From the NCBI GenBank assembly GCA_963698595.1, contig CAVORL010000006.1, positions 968,900 through 1,032,899 on the forward strand: a stretch of 64,000 nucleotides of DNA, written 5' to 3'. The position numbers and the translations under genes were made by a program. Below are positions 63,112 to 64,000 of this stretch, in pieces. Position 1 is the first letter of the stretch. Each line of letters starts with the position of its first letter. Below the pieces are notes generated by a model. The model was not told where the DNA came from and did no database searches. It was given only the letters and a program-made list of their open reading frames with translations. The DNA is from an uncultured Chloroflexia bacterium. GTDB taxonomy: Bacteria > Chloroflexota > Limnocylindria > Limnocylindrales > CSP1-4.

Positions 63112-64000
63112 GCGGTGTCAGCGTCACCCCGGCCGGCCTCGCCGATGCCGCCGAGATCGCCCGTCTCGAGGCAATGGCGCGGCGCATCCGCGTCGAGGTC
63201 ATCAAGGCCGTCAACCACGCCCGGGCCGGGCACCTCGGCGGTCCCCTCTCGGCTGCCGACCTGCTCGCGGCCCTCTACTTCCGGGTCCTCCGGATCCGAC
63301 CGGAGGAGCCATCCTGGCCGGACCGCGACAGGTTCGTTCTCTCGAAGGGTCATTCCTCGATCGGCCTCTACGCGGCGATGGCCCTGCGCGGCTACTTCCC
63401 GGTCGACGAGCTGGCCACCTTCGACGCCGCCCACTCCCGCCTGCAGGGCCACCCGGATATGACCCGCCTCCCGGGGCTCGACATGTCGACCGGGTCGCTC
63501 GGAATGGGCATCTCCGCCGCCATGGGGATGGCGCTGGGCGCCCGCCTCACCGGCCGCGACCTGCGCGCCTACGTGATGCTCGGCGACGGGGAGTGCCAGG
63601 AAGGTGAAGTCTGGGAGGCGGCCATGTCGGCCGCCCGCTACGGCCTCGACAACCTGGTCGCGATCGTCGACCACAACAAGCTGCAGCAGTACGGCTGGCC
63701 CGGCGACGGGCCCGACGGACGGATCCCTCCCCAGATCCCGGGAGAGCTCGTCGCCAAGTGGGGCGCCTTCGGGTGGCGTGTGATCGAGACGGATGGTCAC
63801 GACATGGCCGCGATCGTGCGCGCTCTCGACGAGGCGGCGCAGGGCGACGGGCGCCCCGTCGTCGTCATCGCCCACACGGTGAAGGGAAAGGGCGTCTCCT
63901 TCATGGAGGGCCACTACTTCTGGCACACCCGGGCGATCAAGCCGGAGGAGTTCGCGACGGCGATGGCCGAGCTCGGCGAACCCCTCCCGGAGACGGACGG
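63108..64000 (+). CDS. transketolase, N-terminal (thiamine-diphosphate-binding) subunit of a split transketolase; 3-prime end beyond window
   Basis: It is absent from the ORF track because there is no stop in the window. My own translation from ATG 63108 reads AGHLGGPLSAADLLAALYF, DRFVLSKGHSSIGLYA, LQGHPD, GSLGMGIS, GDGECQEGEVWEA and DHNKLQ. Confidence 0.85.
   Translation, partial: MSGVSVTPAGLADAAEIARLEAMARRIRVEVIKAVNHARAGHLGGPLSAADLLAALYFRVLRIRPEEPSWPDRDRFVLSKGHSSIGLYAAMALRGYFPVDELATFDAAHSRLQGHPDMTRLPGLDMSTGSLGMGISAAMGMALGARLTGRDLRAYVMLGDGECQEGEVWEAAMSAARYGLDNLVAIVDHNKLQQYGWPGDGPDGRIPPQIPGELVAKWGAFGWRVIETDGHDMAAIVRALDEAAQGDGRPVVVIAHTVKGKGVSFMEGHYFWHTRAIKPEEFATAMAELGEPLPETD

Overview
Very GC-rich (about 70% by eye, not computed), Actinomycetota-like chromosomal DNA. 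It probably lies near the replication origin, given parA-parB with two DnaA boxes upstream. About 55 protein genes and one tRNA-Asn can be supported. I saw no transposase, integrase, CRISPR array or rRNA. The left half (1-41 kb) is mostly housekeeping or envelope: parAB, a HAD/PlsC/UbiA lipid-type operon, a LiaF-like/PspC pair, a ferric-reductase/FMN-binding/ApbE operon, an HtrA-like protease with an OmpR-type two-component system, a CaCA antiporter coupled to a P-type Ca-ATPase, TrkH/TrkA, the dnaG-rpoD pair, a cold-shock operon and cinA. The right part (41.6 to beyond 64 kb) looks like one coherent, uncharacterised metabolic regulon. Its four transcription units each sit behind the same AT-rich palindromic operator (consensus ATAATCGATTAT). 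Two of these operators abut TTGACC-17-TAnnnT promoters. The regulon includes a 14-kb run of 12 co-directional genes. That run encodes a UPF0261 (Tm-1 N-like) protein, a PEP-hydrolase-like TIM barrel, a PpsA-like phosphohistidine swivel protein, a GntR regulator and an HprK-like P-loop protein. It also encodes a CoxMSL-type molybdenum hydroxylase, a cyclase, dehydrogenases and a PPDK-like protein. In the PPDK-like protein the catalytic TIM barrel is replaced by a hexapeptide-repeat linker and an unknown domain. Other notable signals are three phased TTCAGG-N5-TTCAGG sites linking the two-component system to neighbouring operons, an orphan Pol-beta-type nucleotidyltransferase-like protein divergent from a DEDDh exonuclease, a 23-bp perfect palindrome upstream of dnaG, and two short tandem repeats. 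All functional calls come from reading translated motifs by eye. No database search was run.
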